Source of the DNA: Octopus sinensis
Lineage: Eukaryota
Direction of reading: 5' to 3'
DNA length: 64,000 nt
NCBI RefSeq assembly: GCF_006345805.1
Contig: NC_043009.1
Location: 11,966,001-12,030,000, forward strand
Notes under the pieces: model-generated
Database searches by the model: none
What the model was told of the DNA's origin: nothing
The model's input: the letters and a program-made list of their open reading frames with translations, nothing else
Shown: positions 23,729 to 36,666 of the stretch, piece by piece
Layout of the letters: every line of letters starts with the position of its first letter
Numbering within the stretch: the first letter of the stretch is position 1
Made by a program: the position numbers and the translations under genes

Positions 23729-24252
23729 TATATATAATCAGTAGTTGATGTCGCTATTGTAACTTTTTCCTCGCAGACTTTAGCGACAGCAGATACAGGT
23801 AGGATTAGATCCTAAAAAGAACGATGGTTAAGAAAAAAATGTATATAATAAAAAAAAAAAATAAGCTACAAAAATGTCTTCAGAATTTGTTTATCTTAAT
23901 TATTATTATGTATAAAAAGAAGCTTAAAAGTCTCGAGAGAGTGAAACAAACGTAAAGTAAATCAATAATGATGTGAATGATAAAACACACACACACACAT
24001 GCACACACGCGCGCGCGCACATACATACGCAAACACGCGCGCACATATTTGTGTGCGTGTTTTTCTTAAAACCCATAGAGATCATCCGTGTATTCGTAGC
24101 GAAATATATTGAATTCCAAGGAGGAATTTGGGAAGGCCAGTGTGTAAAAGAATAAAAAAAACAGCATTTCTCAAACTTATTTGACAACAAGCGAACCTTG
24201 AACTTAATGAAACTTCGGCGACATGTCAATGATAATAATCTTGATGATATCG

Positions 24253-24253
24253 A

Positions 24254-24294
<41 letters not shown>

Positions 24295-24440
24295 GAAGAT
24301 GATAATGATGAGGATGATGATGATGATGTTAATGATGATGATGATGAGGTAGATGTTAATGATGATGATGATGATCATAATGATAATGATGTTGATGATG
24401 ATGATGTTAATTATGATGATGATGATGATGATGATGGTGA
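24253..24440. repeat. (GAT)n tract
   Basis: Directly visible. Confidence 0.95.
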
Positions 24441-24654
24441 TTTATTTTATTGGCAACATCAGCCCAGACCTTTGAAGACAAATCAAAGACGAAGAAATAT
24501 GCAAATACACAACAACAGGGTACACACGGAGTAAAAGCAAAGCATTTATATAATAACATTTAATCAATAAGTTATACGCCTGGAAATCTTTTCCTATCTG
24601 CAGAAAAAGTCTGAAGGCACTTTTTTATTTTCTGATCTGTTGATAAGGGCAAAA

Positions 24655-25218
24655 GTGTGGGTTTATTTTTATGATCTGGAAACAAAAGTTCATTCCCTGA
24701 AGGTTAAAGAAGGTTCACTCTAAGAAGTTCAAGATGTTCCAGAGCTAGTGATCAGCCCAGAAAGTCATCATGACGGTTTCTGGGATAACAAGGGCGTCAT
24801 TCTCCTTGGACATCTGGAGCAAGTCTGTCTCAAACAACGAGTAAGTACATTGAGACACTTACAAAGCTTAGAGAAGCTATTAGGAAGAAGAGGTCAAGTA
24901 AAAATCTGAAAACGATCCGTGCTCATCATGACAGTGTGTGACCATTCAAACATTTTGGTATGAAATCAGGCAATCGGCAGATTGGGCTGGTCAGCGTTTC
25001 CCTGTAAACCAACGATACAGTCGAATCTGGAGCCCCTACGACTTCTACCTCTTCGGTTCAATGACGAACTGTCTTCGGGTTCAATGATCTAACGATAAAG
25101 ACGAGGCTGTGAAGAATGGGTACAACAGTGCACATCTGAGTTCTTTCAAAGACGATTCGAGAGGCGAGTTCAGTGGTAACACAAATGTATTGCTTGTGAT
25201 GGAGACTATATTGAATAG
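24655..25218 (+). pseudogene. Decayed mariner (DD34D) transposase, catalytic region
   Basis: Across frameshifts: WVYFYDLETK, VIMTV-WDNKGVILL, HHDSV*P, YSRIWSPYDFYLFG (cf. YSPDLAPSDFYLF), KCIACDGDYIE*. Confidence 0.82.
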
Positions 25219-25432
25219 AATCTTTGCAAAGAGGGAGAATTTCTCTATTAACAACTGTAATTTGAACGAGCAATTAACAAAAATGCTATGTCCACCGTTC
25301 CATTGCTTCCAGTAGAACGTTCGTAGTTATAGGTATTGATTACGTTCATTCTCCTTTTTCTCATTTAGGAAGAGCGTGACTCAGTCTATTACCTGTATAC
25401 ATACATACATACATACATACATCATACATACA

Positions 25433-25466
<34 letters not shown>

Positions 25467-25857
25467 GGTATAGGTATAGATAACTCCCGCGAGGGAACGA
25501 TGCACGATGGATCTAAACGATTGTAATGATTAACAAAAATCTCGCGAATTCCATTTTCTCTCTCTTAAATATGTCTTATATATATATCTCGTAAATGTAA
25601 GGGTAATACATTAAAATAATTTATTACCAGTGGTTAGCATGCATAAATAAAAGTCATAAGGTATAAGGTATTTGGCAATTAATAGAGAAACTCGAGTTCG
25701 GGATTAACTAATTCGTTTTTGTTCGTTCTGGTGTTATAATAGTATGCCTCATAAATTCTTCTTTTCGTGGTTTGAGTTTTAACTGCTCTTGCTAGCATGT
25801 AAGGAGTCCTGTCAAAAAATCTTCTTTCTGTGTATAAAAATATTTTATCCACTTTAC

Positions 25858-25859
<2 letters not shown>

Positions 25860-25903
<44 letters not shown>

Positions 25904-26035
25904 GTATGTATGTATGTATGTATGTATGTATGTATGTATGTATGTATGTATGTATGTATGTATGTATGTATGTATGTATGTATGTATGTATGTATGTATG
26001 TATTTATGTATGTATGTATGTATTTATTTATGTAT
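25860..26035. repeat. (TATG)n microsatellite
   Basis: Directly visible. Confidence 0.95.
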
Positions 26036-26501
26036 GTGCATGTATATGGGGGATGTGGGGGATGAGTGGCTGCAAATTAAAGACATTTATTCGGAACTAG
26101 CGAATTTTAATATACATAATTTGCTATGAACTAAAGAAGTAATTCTTTGAAGATCAACAAACATAACACAATTTGTTAGAATTCTATAATCTTAATATCA
26201 GAAATTATGAGATATCAGCTTCAGAAAAAAATTACCTTTTTGTGTTTGAAAAGAAATGAATATTTAAAAAAGAAATTTAATTTAAGAGATAAAAAGTATT
26301 AAATCTTTCATCTTCACAAGTAGAGATATATTGATATTTGTATAATTAATCATTACCGTTTTCCTTGTTGTTATTGATATTGTTAACGTGGTTAGTGTCT
26401 GTTTTCTAGTGCCAGCTTTGTCATTTCGCTTTCTTTTTTAGAAATTATACGATATACCATAATTTTATAGTGGTGAGAAATAGCACCATTCACATCATTA
26501 G

Positions 26502-26549
<48 letters not shown>

Positions 26550-26556
26550 ATTATTA

Positions 26557-26688
26557 TTCAGATCGCTGCCTGGAATCGAACTCGGAAACTTGGGATTATT
26601 AGCTCGCGCTCTTAACCACTACGCCACAGGCATATGACGTAGAGGTTAAGAGCGCGGGCTACAAACTAAAAAATTCCAAAATTCCAAA

Positions 26689-26690
<2 letters not shown>
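26557..26690. mobile_element. Second copy of the family G head-to-head tRNA-like core
   Basis: Same CAGGCATA spacer and the same arm-specific variants as 13007-13140; both tails absent; bounded by (TAT)n. Confidence 0.85.
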
Positions 26691-26721
<31 letters not shown>

Positions 26722-27252
26722 GAGTGAGAGAGCAGTGCATGCCGTCAAACTGACACTGGGGCACAAATATACGAAGCCCAGTATACCCATCATGACTACC
26801 CGTCTGATAAGGGTACACTAGGCAAATGCATCACAAACATATGTGCGCGACATAGTGATCTCATATCAAGATAAACAGACCTTGCAGGTGGGACCCAGTT
26901 AGAATTTTCTTCTGGTCGAGTAACCCATCCTGCCCAAAAGGTCCCTCGATAAGGGTTGTTTAAGGATGTTGAACGAAACACCCATGTTCCCAGAGGTGAA
27001 TTATTCTAATCCCAAAGAATCCCTCTGAACACATGGCTATGATGCTCCCCCACTACTTCTGCTCGTGGTCATAGATGCACATATCGTCAGCCACTAAGGG
27101 ACATGCTCAACTGGTTATGGTCAAACAACTGACAAGCAAATCTGTGGTATTGAGCAGCATATTTGCTGTAGCCCATCTTTTATACCAAGATAAATCAATG
27201 TACATGATAACACTTCCAATCAGTTAAGATCAGAAACCACGAGAGCCACTGC
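26722..27252 (-). mobile_element. Family F non-coding retroposon, (AAT)n tail, slightly 5'-truncated
   Basis: Reverse complement of 33234-33777. Confidence 0.8.
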
Positions 27253-28040
27253 TCGAAATGGGCCACCAGGGAGATTGTATCGGTATACGTGGACGATGTC
27301 GCCTTGATTGCATCAGAGGTAATAGAAATCAAATATTTGCGACAGCTAGTTATTGTGCTTGTAACTCAGCACCTAGAGAAACAAGCCACTGATAGTGATG
27401 TGGGCCGCAGGACCGCTGATTCTGTTCAAATGCTCGGGGTCTTCTTTGCATCAGTCAAATCTCAAAGTGGTTCAGAAGTGGTATGAGAATAGGCGGCGAG
27501 CTGGCAGAACCGTTAGCACCCCGGGCGAAATGCGTAGCCGTATTTCGTCTGCCGTTACGTTCTGAGTTCAAATTCCGCCAAGGTCGACTTTGCCTTTCAT
27601 CCTTTCGGGGTCTATAAATTAAGTACCAGTTACGCACTGGGATCGATGTAATCGACTTAATCTGTTTGTCTGTCCTTGTTTGTCTCCTCTGTGTTTAGCC
27701 CTTTGTGGGTAGTAAAGAAATAGGTATGAGATTACCAGCGTATTAGCTAGTTTCACCCAAATATGGACAGAGAAGAAACCGTCTTCGAACAGCTGGGAAG
27801 AGGTGTATGCCAAACGCATACTTAGTCCTTAGCCCTTATTATGTGTTCTCAACTGACCTTATTGGCTTGCCCAAACTTTTACCAGACGTGATTGGAATGT
27901 CTGCTCTTTTACTTCTTGTGGGAAAGATTCGACTGTTTAGGACGCACATCTATTTCCACACTCTGTTCACAGGGCTTGCAATATCATTGTTGCTAATATG
28001 CAAGTATGTGCTGAGATTGCAGCTCGTGCAAAGAATCTTG
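27253..28040 (+). pseudogene. Decayed L1/Tx1-like reverse transcriptase fragment, interrupted by SINE A
   Basis: VSVYVDDVALI (YxDD at 27286-27297), VQMLGVFF, TQIWTEKKPS...EEV, FYFLW motifs in the expected order. Confidence 0.55.
27492..27722 (+). mobile_element. SINE A monomer with TSD
   Basis: TSD GGTATGAGA(A/T)TA at 27480-27491 and 27723-27734. Confidence 0.9.
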
Positions 28041-28395
28041 GCTTAAGAAAAGGGTTTTTTTATGGAAGTCCAGTAATTTCTTATGTAACAATGAGCCTCC
28101 AATGTTGTTCAATGCAATAGCGTGGCATCGGTTTTATTCAAGGTGAGCTCAGAATGTAAAAAAAAAAAAACGGAATAAATATCTCGCCAGAAATATTTAC
28201 CAATGTTCTAACAATTTCACCAAGCTATCGTCCTCAACTGTTACGTTATTTTATCAACCCCAGAAGAATGAACTGCAAAACTGACCTCGACGTGATGTGA
28301 ACTCAGAATGTTAAGAGCCAGAATAAATTGATCCTCTACTATTTCGCTAATCCACCACTTTATGTTGTTGCCCATAGCAAAGTATCTGTATTATA

Positions 28396-28706
28396 AAACG
28401 TCGCCCTTTTCAAGCTTAGCCAGGCTCATGGGCCCGGTTTCCCGGTTTCTATGGCGTATGTGTCCCTCCGCTAGCTGGACGGGACGCCAGTCCATCGCAG
28501 CGTTACTCAAGAAACAGGAAGAGAGAGTGAGAGAAATTTGTGTCGAAAGAGTACAACAGGGGTCACCATCTCTCCCTGCCGGAGCCTCGTGGAGCTTTTA
28601 GGTGTTTTCGCTCAATAAATACACACAACGCCCGGTCTGGGAATCAAAACCGCGATCCTCCGACCACCAGTCCGCTGCCCTAACCACTGGGCCATTGCGC
28701 CTCCAC
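28396..28706 (-). mobile_element. tRNA-derived SINE sharing a GCGATGGACTGGCGTCCCGTCCAG tail with 57721
   Basis: A/B-box head; 12-bp TSD ATCTGTATTATA at 28384-28395 and 28707-28718. Confidence 0.85.
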
Positions 28707-29209
28707 ATCTGTATTATACACGCTGCATAATTTTGACTCACACATTCAGATTTATGTTTGCTGATCAAAGACATCAAATGGTAGAAAAACATCAACCATC
28801 GATTTCTTTTCTTCAATATATTATTAGTTATGTCTTAAGATCTCTCAGTCTCTCAGGGAAACACATATGAAAGCTAGCGAGAATATGAACGTCAGTACAG
28901 AGCGAAGGAAATAGAAGAATGCATAAACAACACAGACAAGAAAAATCCAGGGAACTCTGAAAGAGGATACCACCAGGTATCACAAGAAAAGAGCGATAAA
29001 AGACTAACGCTTTCCAGGATTAAGAGTTTAGCAGCTTTGATTTATAAGTCTATTGCTGCCATAGACGTAGTAAGGGCTTACATAAGGAAAGCCTGCTTCC
29101 AACAGTGAAGCGATGCTGAGAAGAAATATACGCGTACCCAACGAAATTGTCCAAACAAACTAGAATTCTTTGTTTTAAAGAGCCAGCAAATTCTCGATAT
29201 CTCTTGACC

Positions 29210-29243
<34 letters not shown>

Positions 29244-29699
29244 GGTGGTGGTGGTGGTGGTGGTGGTGTATGTTGTTATTGTTGCTGCTAATGATGATGA
29301 TAAGGAGGAGGAAGATGAGGGTGATGCTGGCCGTGATGACGACGATGATGCAACATACAGTTTAAATATTTATGTCGCTCTCGAAATTTAAGATAACATC
29401 CTATGATAACAAGGCAGGAGAGCTAACGAGGAGAAGCAAGGGAAAGGAGGAGGAAGAGGAGGAGGAAGAGGAGGAGGAGAGGAGGAGGAGGAGGAAGGTC
29501 AGTAAAGAAAAGCGTAGTGTGTGTGTTTTGAGGAGGGGAGGAAGGTCTCTTTTTTTTCCTCTCTCATTCGTCTTTCTCTCTCCTTCCTTCCATCTCATAA
29601 TCATGCAATAACTTCATCCTAATCTGAGAAAAAAACGGGCCCAGGGTTGTATTTCAGTGAAAGAACGAATTACACAGTCACTGTTGATACTGCTGTTCA

Positions 29700-29703
29700 T
29701 ATT

Positions 29704-29741
<38 letters not shown>

Positions 29742-29807
29742 CTATGGAGATGATGATGATGATGACGATGATGATGATGATAAATGATGATGATGATGGT
29801 GATGATG

Positions 29808-29839
<32 letters not shown>

Positions 29840-29960
29840 GATGATGATGGTGATGATGGTGGTGGTGGTGGTGGTGGTGGTGGTGTGATGATGATGATGA
29901 TGATGATGGTGATGATGGTGGTGGTGGTGGTGGTGGTGGTGGTGGTGATGATGATGACAG
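29700..29960. repeat. (AAT)n/(GAT)n/(GGT)n tract
   Basis: Directly visible. Confidence 0.95.
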
Positions 29961-30261
29961 TGAGAAGATAAAGAAGTTGATACATATCTTTGTAAAACTT
30001 GCTTTTGTTATTGTTATGGCGGTTGGTGGTGCTGGTCGTGGCGGTGGTTATTGAAAGATGTTATTTTTCTAGTATTTATTACAGATAAACAGTTAGTTAT
30101 AGAAGTATATTAGCAGAATCGGTAGAGGGTTCTACAAAATGCCATGTGTTGCTTAGAATAACCCCCCCCCCATTTTACACTGAGAGTTCAAATCCAGTCG
30201 AAGCAATGTTTGCATTTCAGAAGTGAGGGTCGATAAAATAAAGTATCATCTACATCCAGGA

Positions 30262-30706
30262 AGACGAAATACCTATTTCTATACTACCCACAAGGTGCTA
30301 AACACAGAGAGGACAAACAAGGACAGACAAACGGATTAAGTCAATTACATCGACCCCTGTGCGTAACTGGTACTTATTTAATCGATTCCGAAAGGATGTA
30401 AGGCAAAGTCGACCTCGGCGGAATTTGAACTCAGAACGTAAAGACAGACAAAATACCACTAAGTATTTCGCCCGGCGTGCTAACCTTATTTCTTTATTGC
30501 CCACAAGGGGCTAAACAGAGGGGACAAACAAGAACAGACAAAGGGATTAATTCTATTAACTGCGTAACTGGTACTTAATTTATTGATCCCGAAAGGATGA
30601 AAGGCAAAGTCGAACTCGGCCGAATTTGAACTCAGAACGTAAAAACAGGCGAAATACCAATAAGTATTTTGCCCGGCGTGCTAGCATTTCTGCCAGCTCG
30701 CCTCCT
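30262..30706 (-). mobile_element. Two tandem SINE A copies, the downstream one with a partial head
   Basis: Junction near 30486 falls at GGTTAGCACGCC rather than at the usual GGTAT. Confidence 0.8.
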
Positions 30707-31524
30707 TCTGCGAATGGACAAAATCATTTAACGTAACACAAAATATCGTATGATATTTGCTCCGGCACTCTGCATACTTTGATTTCCTGATAGAAGCAAA
30801 TAGGAAAATGACACTTACTGACCAAAGACAAAAAATTAAAATAAATATTTTGTTACGCTGCGTAATTATCATAGTGCATAGTATTTTCTCTGCTAACTGT
30901 ACTCACGTCGCATAATAAGCAGTTAATCATTGACGAAGCTCTCCGTGTCCAAATGGAAATCAAAGCCGTACTGCTGAGTTTACTAAGAACACACTGGTTG
31001 TTGTACTAAACGATGTTTCTACTGTTCTTGATGATGATGATGATGCTGTTTGATGGTACATGTTCTTACCGCTACGCAGCTTGTTATCACCTTTTTGTTG
31101 TTGCTGCTGTGGATTTATCTTAGATAAATACTCATAAAATCGGAGTACCAAGGGAATCATAAACATACTCTAGTCACAAACGTTGCTGTTGTTATTGTTA
31201 TTGTAAGCGTTTGTTATAATATTGCTTTCATTTTTTCATTCTATTACACCATTTTGTTTTAAAAGATCTATCGAAGATACACACAGAGTAGATATCAGCA
31301 GGATATCCCACAGAGATATCAAGCAAGATATTCTACAGAGACAAACAGTTGAATACGTCACCGACAGCTGGTGGTTTTTAGATCTTGCATGGAACTGTCG
31401 TAACAGCAGAGCAGAGACTTTAAGAGACAGCAGATAGGTTCAGTGGTGTCAGCAATGTTTTGTAATTTCGTCACCTCTAAATCCGACCCACCCTTTGTAG
31501 CTGTTGTTGTTGTTATTGTTATTG

Positions 31525-31770
31525 TTCTTCTTGCTCTTGTTCTTCTTCTTCGTTTTCTTCTTCTTCTTCTTCTTCTTGTTTTTCTTCTTCGTTTTCTTCG
31601 TTTTCTTCTTCTTCTTCGTTTTCTTCTTCTTCTACTTCTTCTTCTCCTTCTACTATTTCTTCGTTTTCTTCTTCGTTTTCTTCTTCTTCTTTGTTTTCTT
31701 CTTCTTCTTCTTCTTCTTCTTCTTCTTCTCTTCTTCTCCTCCTCCTCCTCCCCCTCCTCCTCCTCCTGTT
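31525..31770. repeat. (TTC)n/(CCT)n polypyrimidine tract
   Basis: Directly visible. Confidence 0.95.
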
Positions 31771-32382
31771 CCTAACGTAGATATGGCTGAATGCCGTCGG
31801 TTGTGATTCTGCACGGTTGCTATTCATCCCGCCGTTCGCTCCAGCTATGACAATCCAGTTAATTTCAAAGATAAGTAACACAACATTTTTTAATGCGTTC
31901 TTTTCGTATTTAAGTCGAAAAAACCCCCAAAAAACTGAATTTTGAGGAAGATTTGGGCGCCATTACTACCAGATGGCGGTGGTGAATGATGATGATGATG
32001 ATGATCATCATCATCATCATAATCATGATCATGATGATGAAGATGATGATCACGACGATGATCATGATAAGGAAAGGAGTGGTGATGGTGGCGTTGGTAG
32101 AAGTGTTGGTGTTGGCGTGGTGGAGCGCTGGGAATATTGCTTCAGTTATTCAGGGGTTTGTGGTAGTGGCTGACAAAGGAGAGGGACACACATAAGGTGC
32201 GGCGGCGGGGGCGGCGGCGCTGATATGGCGGTGACGGTGGAACGACAGTCTACACACACACACACACATATAATATATAGACATATACATGCACACACAC
32301 ACACACACGCGCATATACATATTATACAAGCATATATATACATATATATATATATACACACATATATAAACATATACTGTAC

Positions 32383-32409
<27 letters not shown>

Positions 32410-32424
<15 letters not shown>

Positions 32425-32515
32425 ATTATAATCAAGGATATATATGCATGTGTGTGTATATATATATATGTGTGTATGTGTGTATCATAATCAAGGACAT
32501 ATGCATGTGTGTGTG

Positions 32516-32556
<41 letters not shown>

Positions 32557-32572
32557 ATTATAATCAAGGATA
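32410..32572. repeat. Three-unit minisatellite built on ATAATCAAGGA plus microsatellite spacers
   Basis: TAT(T/C)ATAATCAAGGA recurs three times at ~60-70-bp spacing. Confidence 0.8.
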
Positions 32573-32951
32573 ACGAGAGAGAGTGGGAGAGTGAGAGAGA
32601 AGGAGAAAGAACAGGACTGTATGGCTGCTGCTGCTGCTGCCACTTGGCAACAGTGGACGAGGGGGTAAAGAAAGTGATGAGGTGACTGTAGTATTAGACG
32701 GGGGTTAGGAAATGGGGGGGGGGTGAGCGATCGCAGTAGTTGCCCCCAGTCGAAATATTATCTAACAACAGACATAAAAGACTGCTTATGTCCCACATCT
32801 ATAACCTACCTACTGTACGTACGCAGGCCAACGAGGGATCCTCTCTGTTTCCACCCTGGTCTGCTAGAAGCAGCAGCCAAATTACTATAACCCCAAATCG
32901 TATCACCATTTACTGTCTTAGGTAATAAAAAAAAAAAGATAAATAATCATC

Positions 32952-33208
32952 GTGAGTGGATTTGGTAGACAGAAACTGAAAGAAGTCCGTTATGTGTGTG
33001 TCTTTCTGTCTGTATCTGTCCCGCCCCCACCACCGTCCGAAACCGGTGTTGGTGTGTTTGCATCCCCGTAACTTAGCGGTTCGGCAAACGAGCCTGATAG
33101 AATAAGTACCAGGCTTAATAAATAAGTACTGGAGGTCGATTCATTCGACTAAAGATTCAAGGCGATGCCCCAGCATGGCTGCAGTCTAATGACTGAAACA
33201 AGTAAAGA
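32952..33208 (+). mobile_element. SINE B, 5'-truncated
   Basis: Matches the B core and tail. Confidence 0.8.
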
Positions 33209-33233
33209 ATTAAAATAATAATAATAATAATAA

Positions 33234-33800
33234 ATGCCCTGATGCAGTACCAGGCAGTGGCTCTCATGGCTTCTTAACTTACCTGATTGGAAGTATTTTT
33301 ATGTACATTGTTTTGTCTTGGTATAAAAGATGGGCTACAGCAAATACCACAGATTTGCTTGTCAGTTGTTTGACCTTAACAAGTTGAGCATGTCCCTTAG
33401 TGGCTGACGATATGTGCATCTCTGATCACGAGCAGAAGTAGTGGGGGAGCATCATAGCCATGTGTTGAGAGGGATTCTTTGGGGTTTGAATAATTCACCT
33501 CTGGAAACATGGGTGTTTCGTTCAACATCCCTAAACAACCCTTATTCAGGGACCGTTTGAGCGGGATGGGCTACTCAACCTGAAGAAAATTCTAACTGGG
33601 CCCCGCCTGCAAGGTCATGTGCTGTTTATCTTGATATGAAATCACCATGTCGTGCACATATGGTTGTGATGCATGTGCCTGGTGTACCCTTATCAGACGG
33701 GTAGTCATGATGGGTATATTGGGCTTCGTATATTTTACCCCAGTGTCACTTTGATGGCATGAACTGCTCTCTCACTCAATAATAATAATAATAATAATAA
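33234..33800 (+). mobile_element. Family F non-coding retroposon inserted in (AAT)n
   Basis: Homologous to 26722-27252; AAT repeats on both sides. Confidence 0.8.
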
Positions 33801-33971
33801 TAAAACTAAGGAATGACAGTGGGAAATATAGATCTAAATACGAGTGGTTTCCATTACTTATATGTCACTGGGACAGTTGAATGGGTTTTTTTTCCAATGC
33901 TCCCCCTCCCCTACCATCCCTCCGTCTAGGGCCCCCGGAGTCCCGATGGCTCCCGAATAGAATTAAATTGT

Positions 33972-34380
33972 GGTGTAACTCCCATTCCACTGCCTCTCAA
34001 GCTTCTTTGATAACGTCCAGGTTTCTGAGCCATTATAGTAGAATTGGTTCGACTGTGGCTTTGAAGATTTTAAGCGCCATCCAACCAAAATGCAAATAAA
34101 TGGGAAATTACCACCTGTGTCATCTCTTGTGAAAGGTAGAAGAGTCCAGTTTGCTGGACATTGTTGTAGAGCTGAAAACGAGGTAATTTCTACTCTTCTC
34201 CTCTGGAAGCCATCTACTCGCGATACCAGATGGCGCACACTCTCCTACCCTGTTGTAATCTCTAGGGATACAGGCATCCAGCAACAGGACCTCCGTAATA
34301 CTATGATGGACCGTGAAGTCTGGCGTAACATAGTAAATTCCATTGTCCCGTCCACGGTCGAACAATGAATGAATGAACTT
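33972..34380 (+). mobile_element. RTE LINE 3' fragment with an inverted 5' segment
   Basis: Minus 33972-34074: LKIFKATVEPILL/GSETWTLSKKLERQWNGSYT; plus from 34072: KRHPTKMQINGKLPP...RRVQFAGHC...MMDREVWR...EQ*, then an AATG tail. Confidence 0.85.
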
Positions 34381-34624
34381 CCATTTAAGGGTTTCATTGG
34401 GCTTAGCAGCCGTGATAGGGTCTATTTCCGCTCGAGGATAAGGATGTCCTTCATTGATTCTGAAGTAGGTTTTGAGCAGGTTTTGTTATAAGCTTGCTTC
34501 CCTAACATTTGATCTTCGGTTCAATCCCACTGCGTGGTACCCAGGGCAACTGTCTTCTTTCATAGCCCCAGGAAAACAAAAACCTTGTAAGTGAATTTTG
34601 TAGACAGAAACTGAAAGAAGCCCA

Positions 34625-34692
<68 letters not shown>

Positions 34693-34694
34693 GC

Positions 34695-34965
34695 ACTCCA
34701 TTGGTTACGACGGGGGTTCCAGTTGATCCGATCAACGAAATAGCCTGCTCGTGAAATTAACGTGCACATGGCTGAGTATACCACATACACGTTACACTTA
34801 ACATAGTCCTCAGGAAGATTCAGCGTGACACAGAAATACAAGTACTAGTCATTGTTGTCATCTGAATGGACTGGAGTAAATAAAGTATCTTGCTCAAGGA
34901 GACAACTCGCTGCCGAGTATCGAACTCACAACCTAACGATCGTGAGCTGAACACCCTAACCATTT
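34695..34965 (-). mobile_element. SINE C variant, internally deleted
   Basis: Tail matches 19180-19335 in reverse; decayed tRNA head at 34890-34965; abuts a SINE B 5' half at ~34490-34630. Confidence 0.65.
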
Positions 34966-35864
34966 GGCCACATCCTTTCTATATATGTGTGTGTGTGTGT
35001 GTATTTATGTATGTGTGTGTCTTTGTGTTTGTACCACCATCGCTTAACAACCGCTGTAGGTTTGTTTACGTTCCCGTAAGCTAGCCCCAGGAAGGGGCCG
35101 GTTTAGTCGTTGACCCAAAGACGATGGGCAGGCAGTACTTGATTAGAAGGTTGTCGGTAGCATGTTTCCATCAAACTGTGAGAGGACTTGTCCTGATCTA
35201 CCTCCAATGTAATTTTACATAGCACTAAAATAGCGGTATGGTCACGATTGGAGTGTCTTCTAATCTAAATATCAGATTGATCAGCGCTGATCTGGGGATA
35301 AAAAAAAAACAAACAAACCAAAATAAAACAGCATCAACGGCAAAAAAAGCAACAGCCCTGCACACACTCATCCACCCAGATTATCTCCACGAAGCCTATA
35401 TGTGGTTGCTCAGTATGCCTGAAATAACAGCCAAATCTCCCCAAATCACATCATGCATCTTAAAAATATTAGATAATCTAATTAAAGGTTCCCAATACAC
35501 ATACAAAAAAAAAACTGCTCGCCACTACTAGAAAGAATTCCTTTATCGTTCCTATTTGGGAACTGATCATAGTTAATCTTATTCTAAAGTTTCGACGTTC
35601 TGGATTATTAAGTGGTATAAATCGGACAATTTATATGTATATGGTGAAACTGTGCAGTAATGGACGAGTTACGAACTACTATTATACTGTGAGATATACA
35701 TATTCATTCTTCAATTGTATTGACTTTTCTCTGTTTGTTTTTCTATGTTATCACATGCTGAAAATCATTACTGATATGCATACATACACACGCGCACACA
35801 CACACACGCACACACAACACACACACACACACACACATACACACACACACACATATATGTATAT

Positions 35865-36617
35865 ATCATCATTTAACGTCCGCTTTCCATGCTAGCATGG
35901 GTTGGACGATTTGACTGAGGTCTGGCGAACCAGACTCCAATCTGATCTGGCAGAGTTCCTATAGCTGGATGCCCTTCCTAACGCCAACCACTCCGAGAGT
36001 GTAGTGGGTCCTTTTTACATGCCACCGGCACGAGGGCCAGTTTGGTGGTACTGGCAACGGCCACGCCCAAATGGTGCTTTTTATGTGCCACCTGCACACA
36101 TACACACACACATATATATAAATCATTTAACGTCCGCTTTCCATGCTAGCATGGGTTGGACGATTTGACTGAGGTCTGGCGAACCAGACTCCAATCTGAT
36201 CTGGCAGAGTTTCTACAGCTGGATGTCCTTCCTAACGCCAACCACTCCGAGAGTGTGTAGTGGGTGCTTTTTACATGCCACCGACACGAGGGCCAGTTTG
36301 GCGGTACTGGCAACGGCCACGCCCAAATGCTGCTTTTTATGTGCCACCTGCACACACACACACACCACACACACACACACACATATATATAAATCATTTA
36401 CGTCCGCTTTCCATGCTAGCATGGGTTGGACGATTTGACTGAGGTCTGGCGAACCAGACTCCAATCTGATCTGGCAGAGTTTCTACAGCTGGATGTCCTT
36501 CCTAACGCCAACCACTCCGAGAGTGTGTAGTGGGTGCTTTTTACATGCCACCGACACGAGGGCCAGTTTGGTGGTACTGGCAACGGCCACGCCCAAATGC
36601 TGCTTTTTATGTGCCAC

Positions 36618-36624
<7 letters not shown>
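35865..36624 (-). mobile_element. Tandem triplication of a ~230-bp retroposon (family J) with (CA)n(TA)n spacers
   Basis: Units at ~35865-36098, 36122-36354 and 36393-36624; ATG-repeat-type 3' end; all start at the same 5' position. Confidence 0.88.

Positions 36625-36666
<42 letters not shown>

Noticed and set aside
32850-32908. Minus-strand MVIRFGVIVIWLLLLADQ, an 18-aa signal-peptide-like stretch ending in Q like DLL1 exon 1
   Set aside because: No phase-0 GT follows (CAG|GG), and the hydrophobic part overlaps the family K repeat motif.
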